From Callorhinchus milii (lineage: Eukaryota), in assembly GCF_018977255.1 (NCBI RefSeq), contig NW_024704743.1, positions 11,534,001-11,598,000 of the forward strand: 64,000 bases of DNA, in the 5' to 3' direction. Shown piece after piece: positions 1 to 13,510 of the stretch (the first letter of the stretch is position 1; every line of letters begins with the position of its first letter). Position numbers and translations under genes: made by a program. The notes under the pieces are model-generated. The model worked only from the letters and a program-made list of their open reading frames with translations, did no database searches and had not been told where the DNA came from.

Positions 1-297
1 AGGAGGTGATGGTGTGTGGGGGTGCAGGTGGTGACGGTGTGCGGGGCGGGGGGGCAGGAGGTGACGGTGTGTGGGGGTGCAGGTGGTGATGGTGTGCGGG
101 GGGGGGGCAGGAGGTGATGGTGTGCGGGGGTCAGGAGGTGACGGTGTGCGGTGGTGCAGGTGGTGACGGTGTGCGGGGCGGGGGGGGCAGGAGGTGACGG
201 TGTGCGGTGGTGCAGGTGGTGACGGTGTGCGGGGCGGGGGGGGCAGGAGGTGACGGTGTGTGGGGGGGCAGGTGGTGATGGTGTGCGGGGGGGCAGT
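1..297. repeat. G-rich minisatellite with alternating ~24 and ~30 bp units (GCAGG(A/T)GGTGA(C/T)GGTGTG(C/T)GGGG...)
   Basis: About ten tandem copies of the core GCAGGWGGTGAYGGTGTGYGG; truncated by the window start. Confidence 0.9.
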
Positions 298-614
298 TAA
301 AGAGGTAAAATTTGAGATGATCCTTAAAAGAGGAGAGCAAGGAGGTGAGTCACATGGACTCTGGGATGGAGAATAGCTGAAAATCCACCCAGTGATGGTG
401 ATTCAGATGTTTTTAGCGAAACGATGTCCGTGGACTAACAAGGAACATATGGGAGAGAGAAATTAAGGTATTAGTTTCTTCGCAGAATCTCATGATGCTG
501 ATTTGGGAGAAGGGCATCTGTCAGTTTTGTTCTTATTGTGCCCTTCACTGCATGATGCATATTTGGATGGACCAAACTTCCTTTAATTTCTTAGAAAGTT
601 CTGTGAACATTAAG

Positions 615-810
615 GCTGTGTTGTATGTGTTTGTGTTTTGTGTGTGTGTTTGCTTATATATGTGTTGTGGGTTTTGTGTATATGTTGTGACTAGATATGT
701 GTTGTGTGTAACTATGTCTGTTGTGTATGTATGTTATGTGTATATGTAGATACAGTACATTGTGTGTATGTGTGTATATTATGTGTGTTGTGTGTGTATG
801 TGTTGTGTAA
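615..810. repeat. Degenerate (TG/TA)n low-complexity tract
   Basis: Almost only TG/TA/TTG units. Confidence 0.85.
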
Positions 811-971
811 GGAGGGAGGGGGGAGGATGGTGGTGTGGAGGGGATAGGTCATCAGCCATTTCCTTTTCTGTCTTCAGCGATCGTGGGACTATTCGTCTCC
901 CACTGCACAAGATCACAAGATCTGATTAGATAAAGAAGTCCCTTTGGTCAATCTTTTGCATTCTCTCAGAG

Positions 972-1282
972 GGAGTCCTGTGGTTAGAGCACTCGCCTCA
1001 CAAGCGAGAGGATCCGTTTAACGATTCCCAGGCAGGGCGAAACCTTAGGCAAGTTTCCTTAGTCCAAATGCGTACCTAGCAGTAAGTAGGAACCCGCTTG
1101 TAGTCAATTGGTGGATTGCTTTCAGGGGTAATAATCCCTCAAAAAAATAATGGTCATTCAATCCACGATTGTTTGTGGGACACGATTGTATGCAATTGGA
1201 TGCTGCATTTAGCCCACAAATACAGTCAACTCACTTTACAATATATTCTGTGAAGCGCTTTGAGATGTTTCAACAATTCGAT
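972..1282 (+). mobile_element. Older variant of the tRNA-derived SINE
   Basis: Head GGAGTCCTGTGGTTAGAGCACTCGCCTCACAAGCGAG and 3' body (TGTTTGTGGGAC...GTGAAGCGCTTTGAGATG) match the copy at 62031; different middle segment; tail cut by a CR1. Confidence 0.8.
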
Positions 1283-1790
1283 AATCATAGAATCATAGAA
1301 TTATACAGCACAGAAGGAGGCCATTCAGCCCATCGTGTCGGTGCCGACTCTTTGAAAAGAGCTATCCAATTCAATCCCACTCCCCCGCTCGTTCCCCATA
1401 GCCCTGCAAACTTGTCCTCCCAAAATAATTATCTACTTCTGTCTTAAAAGTTGTTATCGAATCGGCTTTCACCACCCTTTCAGGTAATGCCTTTCAGATC
1501 TGAACATCTCGCTGTGTGAAAACAATTCTTCTCATCTCCCCTGTTTCTTTTAACAACTATTTTAAATCGGTGTCCTTGGGTTACCATCGCACCCACCAGT
1601 GTAAATAGTTTCTCCTTGTTCACCTTATCAAATTCCCTCATAATTTTGAAAACTTCTATTAAGTCTCCTCTTAACCTTCTCTGCTCCAAGGAGAATAATC
1701 CCGGCTTCTCCAGCCTCTCCGGATAACTGAAGTCGCTCATTCCTGGTACCATCCTGGTAAATCTCCTACATGAATCCCCGAGTTTCTCTG
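1283..1790 (-). mobile_element. CR1 LINE 3' fragment
   Basis: ORF2 C-terminus RRFTRMVPGM..SYPERLEKPGLFSLEQRRLRGDLIEVFKIM; (ATTCTATG)n-type tail at 1283-1300. Confidence 0.92.
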
Positions 1791-2225
1791 TTCCTTCACC
1801 CCCTTTAAGATTGTACATGTATCTTATATTGTCTCTACTCACTCTTCCTCCCAAAATGTATCTCTTCGCATTTAAGAACATAAGAACATAAAAAATGCAA
1901 GATGAAAAAAGACCAAGGTCCATCTAATTCACTTTCCACCTTCCTGGTGGTCGCAGGCACATATGTCATAAACTATCAACGTACTATATGTTATTTCCTA
2001 AAACTATCTAATCTGCGTTCGAAAGAATCAACACTTCTTGCTTTAACCGTTCCCTAGGGAGCCTGTTCGACAGATTCACTATTCGCTCACTGAAATAGTG
2101 TTTGCGTAGATTCGTTCTGAATTTTACCCCTTCAATCGCAGGCCGTGTCCTCTGGTTTTGCTATTCTGGATAAGTTGAAAACGCCTGCCATGATCTGTAC
2201 TGTCTAGCCCTTTTAGAATCTTAAA

Positions 2226-3198
2226 CAACAACAAAATTACATTTATAGAGAGCCTTTCACGTCGGGAGGATGTCCCAAGGCACTGGACAGTCAGGGGGTG
2301 GGGTGTGGGAGGGGTGAGAGAAGGCAGAGAGGTGGGAGGGTGACTGAAGGCACGATCGAAGAGGACGGTCTTGAGACCAGCCTTGAAGGAGGCAAGGGAG
2401 GAAACAAGGCGAAGGGACAGTGGGATGGAGTGCCAGAATGTGGGGGCAGAGAGGCTGAAAGCCCAGCCACCAATGGCAGGGTGGGTTGGGCAGGAGGCAT
2501 GGAGCAGGCTGGAGCCTGCTGAACAGAGGGAGCGGGCAGGTTGGTAGGGAGTCAGGTCAGAGAGGTAGGAGGGGGCAAGGCCATGATGGCATTGAAAACG
2601 AGGATCTTGAATTCGATCTTCTGAGGGATGGGGAGCCAGTGAAGTCGGGCGAGGGTGGGAGTGATGGGGTCACGGAGCCTGGTGGGTGAGATACACGAGC
2701 TACAGAGTTTTGGATGGTCTGCAGCTTGTGAAGGGGAGAGTTGGGAAGGCCGATGAGGAGGGAGTTCCATAATCGAGCCTTGAGGTGATGAATGCATGGG
2801 GGAGGATTTTGGTAGCCTGAGGGGTGAGGCAGTGGCGGAGTCTGGCAATGTTACGGAAGTGGTGGTAGGCAGTGCCGGTCATGGTGCGGATGTGGGGGAG
2901 AAAGGATAGTTCAGGGTCAAACAAGACACCCAGGTTCCTGACTGGCTTAGTGTGCAGCTGTGGAGGCTGATGCTGCCAGTGCCCAAGGTGCAGAGGTGCT
3001 GGCGCGAACCAATCAGGAGGGTTGGTTCTGTTGAGGAAAGTTGTCCCTCATCCAGGACTTGAGGTCGGACAGGCAGTCGGTCAGGACACCAGTAGTCCTG
3101 GAGTTGAGGGTGGAAGCAGAGAAATAGAGTTGGGTGTCATCCGCTTTCATGTGAAAATTTACCCCATGTCTGCGGATGATGTCACCAAGGGGGAGCAA
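2226..3198 (-). mobile_element. L2 LINE 3' fragment
   Basis: ADDTQLY, FDPELSF, LARLHWLPIPQKIEFKIL motifs; (GTT)n tail at 2226. Confidence 0.9.
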
Positions 3199-3400
3199 TC
3201 ATGTCACCGCTCAATCTTCTTTTCCAGGATGAACATGCCCAATTTACTTAGTCGCTCCTCATAGTCCAGTCCTTCCATTCCCTCAATAATTTTGGTTGCC
3301 CTCCTCCGTAATATCTTCTCGATTTCTCCCATATTCTTTTTGTACTGCGGCGACCAGAACTATACACAGTACTCTAAAGTATGGTCTCACTAATGATTTA

Positions 3401-3615
3401 ATAATAATAATAATAATAATCCTTGCATTTGATATAGAGCTTTTCACGTTGGGAGGACGTCCCAAAGCGCTTCACAGAACACACTGTAAAGTGAATTGAC
3501 TGTATATTTGTGGGCGAACGCGGCAGCCAATTGCGCACAGCAATGTCCCACAAACAGTCGTAAATTGAAAATGACCAATTTATTATTGTTTTTGGTTTTG
3601 GAGGGATTATTATTT
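3401..3615 (-). mobile_element. 5'-truncated young tRNA-SINE
   Basis: Near-identical to the 3' two-thirds of 17343-17657; (ATT)n tail. Confidence 0.9.
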
Positions 3616-3827
3616 ATAGAGTGACAGGATTACCTCACTATTTTGGGTTGCTATTGATTTTTTGATATATCCCAACATCTGGTTTGTTTTACTGACTGCC
3701 ACAGAGCATTGTTGAGAGAGCTTCAATTTATTGTCAATCAGACACATGTCCACTTGTGAAGAAATTTACATTTTCCACATTGAATTTCATCTGCCATCAA
3801 TCTACCCAATTCCCAAGTATGTTCAAA

Positions 3828-4382
3828 TACAACAACAACAACAGCTTGGATTTATATAGTGCCCTCCACACCGGATGGCGTCTCAGAGCGCTTCACAGTA
3901 ACGGATCCCGGGGCCAAGCCAGGGGGAGGGGTAGGAAGGTGACCAAAGGCACGGTCGAAAAGAAAGGTCTTCAGCCAAGACCTGAAAATAGGAAGAGGGG
4001 TGAGCCGAAGGGAGTGAGGAAGGGAGTTCCAAAGCTTCGGGATGTAGTGGCTGAAGGCACAGCTGCAGATGGTGGAGTGGAGGATTCTGGGGACAAGGAG
4101 GCCAGACCTGGTGGAGCGAAGGCAACGGGCACTGTTGTGAGGAGACAGGAGGTCAGAGAGGTCGGGGGGTGCAGAGGAGTGGAGGGATTTGAAGACAAGA
4201 GTGAGGATCTTGAAGTCGATCCTCTTTGGGACAGGCAGCCAGTGCAGTCTGGCAAGGACTGGGGAAATCAGGGAGTGGTATTTGGTATGGGTAAGAATGC
4301 GGGCGGCAGAGTTTTGGATGACCTGGATTTTATGAATGGTAGTGGAGGGGAGACCGGCGAGGATGGCATTTGAATAATGACC
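3828..4382 (-). mobile_element. L2 LINE 3' fragment (second subfamily)
   Basis: IQNSAARIL...LARLHWLPVPKRIDFKIL...LWNSLP...LKTFLF; (GTT)n tail. Confidence 0.9.
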
Positions 4383-6182
4383 ATAAGATGTAGGAGCAGG
4401 AGTAGGCCATTCGGCCCCTTGAGCCTGCCCCGCCATTTAATAAGATCATGGTTGATCTTCTAACCTAATTCCATTTACCCGCCCTATCCCCATATCCCTT
4501 AATCCCTCTATTCTTTAGAAATCTATCAACCTCAGTCTTGAATATGTTCAAGGACTGAGCATCCATAGCCTTCTGGGGTAGAGGATTCCACAAATTCATT
4601 ATACTCTGAGTGAAGAAATATTTCTTCAACTCAGTTCGAAAAGGCTAACCCTTAATTTTGAGATTATGACCACTAGTTTTAGATTCTCCAACCAGGGGAA
4701 ACAGTCTCATGGCATCTATCCTGTCAAGACCCTTAAGAATCTTATAGGTTTCTATAAGATCACCTCTAATTCTTCTATATTCTGGAGAATATTGGCCTAG
4801 TTTACTCAACCTCTCCTCATAGGTCAACGCCCTCATCCCAGGAACCAACCAAGTGAATTTACGCTGCACTCCCTCTAAGGCGAGTATGTCCTTTCTTAAA
4901 CAAGGAGACCAAAACTGCACACAATATTTTAGGTGAGGTCTCACCAAGCCTTATACAACTGTAGCAAGACTTCCTTACTTTGTACTCTCACCCTTTTTCA
5001 ACGACCGGTGTACAGGGACACCCAAATCCCTCTGAACACTAACACTACCTAGTCTCTCCCCCTCTAGAAAATAATCCACTTTTCTATTTTTACTACCTAG
5101 GTGAATAACTTCACACTTACCCACGTTATACTCCATCTCCCACCTTCTTGCCCATTCACCTAGCCTGTCTATTTCCCTTTGCATTCTTAGGGTGTCATCC
5201 TCACAGCTTACTCTCCTGCCTATCTTCGTATCGTCCGCGAATTTTGGTATGTTAAGTTCTATTTCCTCATCCAAATCATTGATAAATCCTCCTGTAATCT
5301 ATCTTGTTCAGCTTCACAATCTACCACCTTCAATAGCTTGGTACCATCTGCAAACTCAGCCACTGCGCAACTCCTAATTCTAGATCATTTATAAAAATAT
5401 TAAACAAAAGGGGTCCCCAAACAGACCCTTGTGGAACTCCACTGGTAACATTTTCCCAGTCTGATGACATTCCCTGTACCACCACCCTCTGGGTTCTTCC
5501 AGTCAACCAGTTGCGTATCCATTGTAATATACCTCCACTGATTCCCGCTTTCTTTACTTTCGGCACCAGCCTCTCAAGAGGAACTGTATCAAAGGCCTTA
5601 CTGAAATCCAGATATATATCCACATCCTTAACCTTATCAAGCTGCCTTGTCACACATCAAAGAAAACCAGTAAATTAGATTGGCAAGATCTCCCCTTCAT
5701 GAACCCATATTGGCTATAATTTATGATTTTATTTCTGTCCCGATGCTTCATGAATTTATGCTTAATAAGAGTTTCCATAATTTTACACAATGGATGTCAA
5801 ACTTACTGGTCTGTAGTTTCCTGGGTCACTTTTGTTACCTTTCTTAAAAATAGGAGTAACATCTGCCTGTCTCCAGTCCCCTGACTTCAGGAAATAACTG
5901 TTTACTACCACTCTCTGCTTTCTGTCTCCCAGCCAGTTCTGTATCCATGCTGCCACTGTCCCTTTAATACCGTGGGCTTCTATTTTGCTTACAAGTCTCT
6001 TATGTGGCACTTTATCAAAGGCTTTTTGAAAATCCATATAAACCATATCAACTACACTACCTTCATCCACCCTCTCCGTTACTTCATCAAAAAACTCTAT
6101 CAGGTGTGTTAGACATGATTTGCCTTTAACAAATCTGTGTTGGCTGTCCTTTATTAACCCATATTTTTCTACTTTTTCTAAT

Positions 6183-7002
6183 TCAGGCGCTGACAGCATC
6201 AGCATCCAAGGCTGCACTCTCCACCTCTCAAAGCCAATCAGGAACCTCGGGGTTCTGTTCGACCCTGAGCTGTCCTTTCTCCCTCATATCCGCGCCACAA
6301 CTGGCACCGCCTTCCATCACCTCCGGAATATCGCCAGACTACGGCACTACCTCACCCCTCACGCGGCTGAAACTCTGGTCCACGCCTTTATCACCTCAAG
6401 GCTGGACTATGGGAACTCTCTCCTCGCCGGCCTTCCCGGCACCTCCCTCCACAAGCTGCAGGTCATTCAGAACTCTGCAGCTCGTGTACTGTCCTGCACC
6501 AGGCTTCGCGACCACATCACTCCCACCCTCGCTCGCCTCCACTGGCTCCCCATCCCCCAGAGGATCGAATTCAAGATCCTCACCCTCACCTACAAGGCCA
6601 TTCACGGCCTTGCTCCCCCCTACCACTCCGACCTACTATCCCCCTACTTACCTGCCCGTACCCTCCGTTTCTCTGGCTCCGGTCTGCTCCACGTCCCCCG
6701 CCCCAACCGCCCTACCATCGATGGCCGGGCCTTCAGCCTCTCAGCCCCGAGGCTCTGGAACTCCATCCCCCAGTGCCTTCGCCGCCTCCTCCCTTTCCTC
6801 CTTCAAGGCCGGTCTCAAGACCTTTCTCTGTGACCGAGCCTTCAGCTCCCCTCTCGACTCTCTACCCCCTCCTCACTCCCTCCCTTCCCTCCCCTCACCC
6901 TGACCATTTCCCCCCTGCTCGGGTCCTGACCCAACTGTACAGCGCCTTGGGATGTCCTCCCGACGTGAAAGACGCTCAATAAATGGAATCTTGTTGTTGT
7001 TG
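6183..7002 (+). mobile_element. Young L2 LINE 3' fragment
   Basis: RNLGVLFDPELSF...SRLDYGN...QNSAARV...LHWLPIPQRIEFK; (GTT)n tail; 3' part very similar to 35473-36020 (-). Confidence 0.93.
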
Positions 7003-7597
7003 TAAGTGAAAATTTATTTTGTCCCGGATTAGTCTCTAGAAATTTCCCCACAACTGACGTTAGGCTGACTGACCTGTAGTTCCCAGATCTTCTGCCTCCT
7101 TTTGTACAGGGAGTAACTATTCCAAAGCCCTCCTTGCTGGTCTGTAGTTCAGTGCCTTGGGAAGTCCTCCCGTTGTGAAAGGCACTACACAAATGTAATT
7201 TTGTTGTTGTTTTTGTTGTTCATCTCCCAGCTCCACCATACACAAAATCCAGTTAATTTAGAACTCTGTTGCATGGTTTAGAACCTGCACGAAACTCTGT
7301 GCCCCACCTGCTGCCTCCGCTCAGCCGGCTCCAGCCTCCTGTTTGTCCCTTGTGCCCTCCGTTCCACCATCGGTGGCCGTGCCTTCAGCCACTGTACCCT
7401 GAAACTCTGGAACTCTGTCCCTTAATCCCTCCATCTTGCCTCCTCCCTCCCAACCTTCAAATCCCACCTAAAGACCTTCCTTTTTGATGGTGCTTAGTCT
7501 CCTCCTCTCTCCACCATCTCAGTCTTGGTCAGACTATCAAGCGCTCTGGGACGCTACCCCATGTGAAGGGCACTATATAAATGCAAGTTGTTGTTGT
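7003..7597. mobile_element. Small CR1 (-) piece and two L2 (+) 3' remnants
   Basis: GNYRSVSLTSVVGK on the minus strand; two L2 tails ending in (TTG)n at ~7220 and ~7597. Confidence 0.75.
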
Positions 7598-8269
7598 CAA
7601 CAACTGAAGCGTTACTTTCCTTTCTCCATAGATGCTTCCCCACCTGCTGAGTGTTCCCAGCGACTTCTGTTTTTATTTGTAATTTATCATTGTTGAGTTT
7701 GTGAGGCCAGAAGTTTTGATCTGTTTTTCCTGTGTTTGTGGTGCTTGCCAGTGACATGAGAAGTTGCCAGATCCACGAGGATGATCCAGGCTGACCTTCA
7801 CTATGAAGGGTTTCTAACTGAGATGCAATTGCTCCAGCTTTATTGAATGCTAATCCATCTGGAATACTGGGAATCAGTGCGTGCTATTAATAACACTCAG
7901 CGTAAGAGTTACAAAGTCAATATATATTATTTAATAACATGAATCACTGTAAAGAACACGTCAGCAAGCCTCTAATAGTACAAATTGTGGATCAAAGCTC
8001 TCTGCCTCCACCTAACAGGTAATGACACATGGAGGGCAAACATCTGAAAGACCTGAATGTACATTCGTTCCCAGTTATATAAAACAAAATAGCACCACAG
8101 GATCTTTAAAGTCGACCAGTACCAGCAAATAACACCTTGGTTTAACGTAACATCAGAAGGATATGAGCAGACAGATCAAATCCATGTCACATTAGTGCTC
8201 CCCATCGGGTTACGGTTCCCCCTCAATACGGGCTCCTGTGGGGTGTTGATTGGGAAACGCTGAGGTTTT

Positions 8270-8620
8270 CAAAATTTGAAAGGGTAAACAAGGGATTTGA
8301 TAAGGTGAACAAGGAGAAACTATTTCCACTGGCGGGTTGGTCAATAACCCGAGGATACCGACTTAAAATAGTTGTTGAAAGAAACAGAGAGGAGGTAGGA
8401 GAAATGTTTTCACACAATGAGTTGTTCGGATCTGGAATGCATTGCCTGAAAGGGTGGTGGAAGCCAATTCAATAACAGCTTTTAAGAGAATTAAATAATT
8501 ATTTGGGGAGGACAAATTTGCGGGGGAGTGGGATTGATTTGGATAGGTCTTGTCACAGAGCCGGCAGACACTGTGGGCTGAATGGCCTCCTTCTGTGCTA
8601 TATAATTCTATGATTCTATG
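8270..8620 (+). mobile_element. CR1 LINE 3' end
   Basis: Homologous to 1283-1790 in the opposite orientation; ends ATTCTATGATTCTATG. Confidence 0.88.
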
Positions 8621-10226
8621 AATCCAAGAGTATCAAAGTCATGTCGGGGTGAAAAACAACCCAACTAAAGCAAACAGCTTAGCTACAATTTATTGGAGCA
8701 ATTATTCAGCATGTTGGGACTGAACAAACACTGAGCCGCAGAGTCCGACACTCATTACAGAAACCTGACTCGTCTCTCTCTCAGCCTCAGAACTGCTGTG
8801 CGCAATTGGCCCACAAAATATAGTCAATTCAACAATAATACCTTGCATTCATATAGCACCCTTCACGCGAAAAGGAAGGTCTTCAGTCATGATCTAAAAA
8901 AGGGAAAACAGTCGGCAAGTTGGAGGGATTTAGTCAGAGATCCAAAGCTTCACTTTACAGTATATTATGTGAAGCGCTTTGAAGTGTCTCAACGACATGA
9001 TAAAGCGCGAAATCAAATGCAAGGATTATTATTATAGAACCGTTTACAATTAAGGCACAATTCAGAAGTGCGGGGCTCTAGAAAAATTCTTAAATTCAGT
9101 CTCAATCCCCTCGCCATTTCTTTCTCCCCGACGTTTTTAAAATGAACCAACCTCCGAGTTAAAGCTGAATTAATTTTTTTTCCCGATGTCTGCACAATGT
9201 TAATTTTTAAGATGATCCATGATGATGGATTGTCCTGGCCACAATCCCAAAGAGAAAGGAGTTTCTCCCTGGTGTCCTGGCCACAATCCCAGATAAAATT
9301 GGTCATTCTCTTGGTTCTCATGGTTGTTTGGGTCACATTGCTGTATACAAATTGTCTGCTGCATTCATCCAGATTCACACATCACTATACTTTACAGTAA
9401 ATACTGTGAAGTGTTTCGAGACATCCTCCTGATGTGAACGACGTGTAGAAAGGTAATCTGATTGTCCAGCAAGGGTTACTGTACCCATTAGGGCTTTGGC
9501 TTCCATTGTGAACAAGAGCTGAGTAGGAAGAATCCCTGTCCCCAGTGAAGATTGAGAACCTGATGAAAGTTCACATAACTTTCAGCATCAAGCAGTCTCG
9601 ATACAGGTGACACCAATTAACAGAAACATTCCTTTATTGGGAGATATTTGCTCAAACACTAATCGATATACCTGCTGCCTTTCCATCAGCACTGTCGGGA
9701 AACAATCTGATAACTGAGACAATTTAATTCTCTGCCGTGCCTGCCAATTAGTACACTTCAACCCTATGGCATGCTATCAGCTCCCAGTTACCTCGTAGCA
9801 ACAACATGCCTGTCACAAAACTAGAGGCTTTTACATTGACGAGCATTTTACACCTAATGCTACATCTGAGCTGGGAACTCTGTCAGGAGCTCCAGCTACA
9901 CAATTAACACCAGGACATAAAACAACATATTGATCAATTGAGAACACATTAATTACCACTGTTCTAATGCACAGGAGCATACCTTCATCAGTCCGGCTCG
10001 ATTCCCAAGTGAACTTGTCAGTTCAAATAAGCTTCAGACTGCATTACGCCTCCATTCTAACCCTTTTATCGACTGGTCTGGGCTTACATTTTGGGCTTGG
10101 CTGAAGTGTGGCTTAAAACAGACTGTTAGACAGCTTTCAATTTATTAATGACAAACATAAGGGATGTCAAGATACTATTCAAACCATGATGTTTCTATCA
10201 CCCATATATGATCTATGGTGGTTAAG

Positions 10227-10545
10227 TGACTGTGATTTCTTGTAATAATAATAAACCTAGCATTTGATCTAGCGCCTTATCACATAGTAATAAACTTATA
10301 TAATAATTACATCTCAAATTATTATTATATACATTTATTACTACGTGATAAGGTGCTATGTCAGTAAGACTGATTTCTTGTAATCCTGCAAGACTCTGAT
10401 TTTTGGTAATCCAGTGAGACAATGATGTTTCAAAAATTTAAGAGACTGTGATTCCTATTAATCCAGTAGACTGAATTCTGGTAATACAGCGAGACCGGTT
10501 TCAGGTAATCCAGTGACTGTGATTTCTGGTAATCTAGTGGAGACC
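10227..10545. repeat. Degenerate ~24-26 bp minisatellite (GACTGTGATTTCTGGTAATCCAGT), interrupted by a SINE tail
   Basis: About eight imperfect, mostly abutting units. Confidence 0.75.
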
Positions 10546-13441
10546 TTCTGATTTCGCACAGAAACCATCCGGCATCCAGTAAAATTGATTTTTTGATAAT
10601 CATCCATTTTCTAGTATTGTAGTTTCAGAAAATTCCCCCTCATTTTCCAATGATGCTCTGCACTAGTTTCCAACATCAAATTGCATTTATATAGCATCTT
10701 TCACCGGGTTAGGGTCTTGGAGCGTTTCATCTACTTATTATCCAATAATAATAATCCTTACATTTGGTACACAATGCACCTTTCCAGTAATGGTCTGCGC
10801 CGATTTTTAATGAGGTGTTTGTGTGTGTGTGTTGTTGCAGGGGAGTGTTCCTCATTTGGGTGTAGGTATACCACCAGTCTCAATAGTTGAGGGTTGTGAG
10901 CTGGATCTTTCTATGTTGCCGTGCAGTTTATTGGGAATTTATCTGAATTTCTCCCAATAGCTTCATGACTAGAATGTGACATAGTTCACTTACTGTCAGA
11001 CCTTGATATCTGACAGCCAAGCAGTTCTGGAATCAGTGGACCTGGCAATGCATCACCTCACAAACGTGTGCAGATATCACCCAGCTGATCGAGGTACATA
11101 CAATGCTGGAAACTGATTTGACATTATCACTGACCTTGGCTCAGATGAAGGCCCTTCGACCTCATCCTTCCAGAACACCATTCATACCATCCCATCACAG
11201 CATCAAGCTGTTTTTTGAATGAGTCCAGTGTTCTGGCCTCAGCCATCTCTCCCGGCAATCTGTTCCAGTCACTGATTACCAACTATGTATATTGTGAAAG
11301 TGAACATAGCCATTAACTTCTAAAATGTGGAGTCATTCCAAACTATTGCATATTAAATGATATACATGTATCTTCACTAGTGTTGCGTGTTTTTTTCTTA
11401 ATGCATGTTCGGCTTAATGCATATTGTTGCCCTTCCTCCCCTCCTCACTTTGTGTCTATGTGTCATTTGTGTGGATGCTTGATGCACTGCACTGCTCTTG
11501 CCTGCGTTTAGCATTCATTGAACATTTATCTTCATCCAATGTAAACCATTTTAACACACTCTATTTCTTAGCTGGGCAGCAAATCGTAGCAGATCTTGTA
11601 AGTGCCCAAGAAAAATAGCCTTTTTAAGTGGGAGGAGCAATGGGTGAGAGAGTTGTTCAAGTAGCACAGATATTGAGGTGAACGAGAGACAGGCAATAGC
11701 AATAGTAATTTAGCTCAAGGATCTGGGTCTGTAGAATGATATAACATAAAGCATTTGATCATTCATCAGAACACCACCAGGGTCAACCGGACAAAGAGAA
11801 CAGTAGAGGGCCTACGAGATATGAGTCCTGCATTCAAACTGCAGAGTCTTAACTAAAAGAGAAATTGCTGGAAAATATACATATGAAGGATAAGATTCCG
11901 CATTGTTATCATGATAATAATAATCATTGCATTTGATATAGTGCCTTATCACATTGTCACGACATCAAAGCGCTTCACATGATTTTACTGTGAATTGTAG
12001 TGACTATTTGTTGTCAACCCCATTGCTGCATGGGATGCCTTGGCAAAAATGGCCATTGAAGCCAATTACATAACATTCAAAAGGGATACAGGGGTATAGT
12101 ATTATATCATACACAATGCATCCATACATAAGATGGATTGAATGACCTTCTTCTGTGCTGTATCGCTTCTATGATAATAATGATCTAGCTTTCATATGGA
12201 GTGAGTGCTTCTGCATGTCCATAGGCAACAGGAAAATTTATCACAACCCACTACAAATATTGAGGCCATTTCCTTATTGAGATGAGGGAGTTTAATGTTA
12301 AAAATAACTACAAAAATCTTTTCAGCTAGAATTTTTTAATTTAACAATAAATTGAAAATAAATCATGTGAAACAACAGCCAGTTAATATAACACTAAAAC
12401 ATTTTAACTTTCAAGCAAGAACCATAAAATCTGCTCTTAAATAAGTTGGAACATTAGTAAATGTCCAGGTCATTTTAGTGACCTTGGAATGTGATCAGTC
12501 ATTGAAACAAGTTTGCTTCAGAAGCATGTCTGGTTGTTCCCCAGTGTCATTTTGAGTTGCTGCAACATGAGAATTCTAGATAAAGGCAGGAAGCAAAGGG
12601 TGGTGGTGGGCTAATCAGATTGGCTGTAAGAATTTAATGTGTGTGTATACATAAATTTAGAACTGCTCATCATAATGTATCTTGGATTACACAGTACTAA
12701 AAGACACAGCGAGGGTTTTACTGAATCTCTACATAAAGGGGAAAAGTGTGGTCCCTCAAGTGGAAGTAATGGATTAGTCTAATTGGCATCTTGCAAGTCA
12801 TTCTTCTATTTTGATTCACTCTTGCTGAATTCAACACACCATGAAATATTTGGGACAAATCTCCCTTCTTTCAAATGAATTTCATATTTTAAGTGTAATT
12901 TTCCTTGATGTCAGGATATCCAAGTTGTTACAAGTTACTCAGGAGTGATTAATTGGTAGCAAGAAAGCCACCCCAGTAGTCTGACCAAACATGTTTAGTG
13001 TTTAAAATCATTAAGATGCCTTAACATTAGCATCCGCTTCTCTTGTGACTGTCTGATACACAGGTTAGTATTTTGCATCGATGTTCTGTGGATAATGGCT
13101 CCCTTCACCTATTGCAGAAAACAAGGATCAAGGCTAATATTCTCATGCAGAAGGAAGAGAATGGGATTTCATGTGGAAAATGTAACACGGCATATAGCAT
13201 CTCATCAACTAATAAACTGCTGTGTTATTCGATAAAGTCTGAATAATAACCAAGTTAAGGGCTGAGCTTTTCCAAGGGTAGAAAATATACAGAAAATGTA
13301 CCAAGGAAATACCAGACAAAACATAGCGGAAAAATATGTAGTGTACAGGAATGTATTATCTAGAAATGCTAAATTGAATTCTCATTTAACTATAGTTTAA
13401 CTATAATTGCATCAAGTAAACAATGAATATTCTCACAGAAA

Positions 13442-13510
13442 TCATTCTGGCATATCACAACTGTGCATAATTGAATGCTCCAACATTTGAAACCGGCTGA
13501 CACAATATGC
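13442..13510 (-). CDS. XYLB: Xylulose kinase, terminal coding exon (AYCVSRFQMLEHSIMHSCDMPE*)
   Basis: Very strong acceptor TTTTTTTTCCCCTTTGTTTCCCTTTTTATCCAG; phase 0 fits the previous exon; resembles the human C-terminus as I recall it (VYEALLPQYAKLEQRIL...PPE*); TGA at 13442-13444. Confidence 0.75.
   Translation of the reverse strand, partial: AYCVSRFQMLEHSIMHSCDMPE

Larger units (their letters stand above)
1873..6180 (-). mobile_element. Nested cluster of CR1 RT fragments. An older CR1 at ~1873-2225, 3200-3400, 3616-3827 and 5290-5890 is interrupted by L2, SINE and a younger CR1 at 4383-5290; another CR1 piece lies at 5890-6180.
   Basis: Motifs [45 protein letters not shown] in minus-strand ORFs; TAAGAACA-repeat tail at 1873. 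Confidence 0.85.

Noticed and set aside
10227..10545. CRISPR-like array
   Set aside because: Units are degenerate and mostly abut with no unique spacers; vertebrate context; no cas genes.
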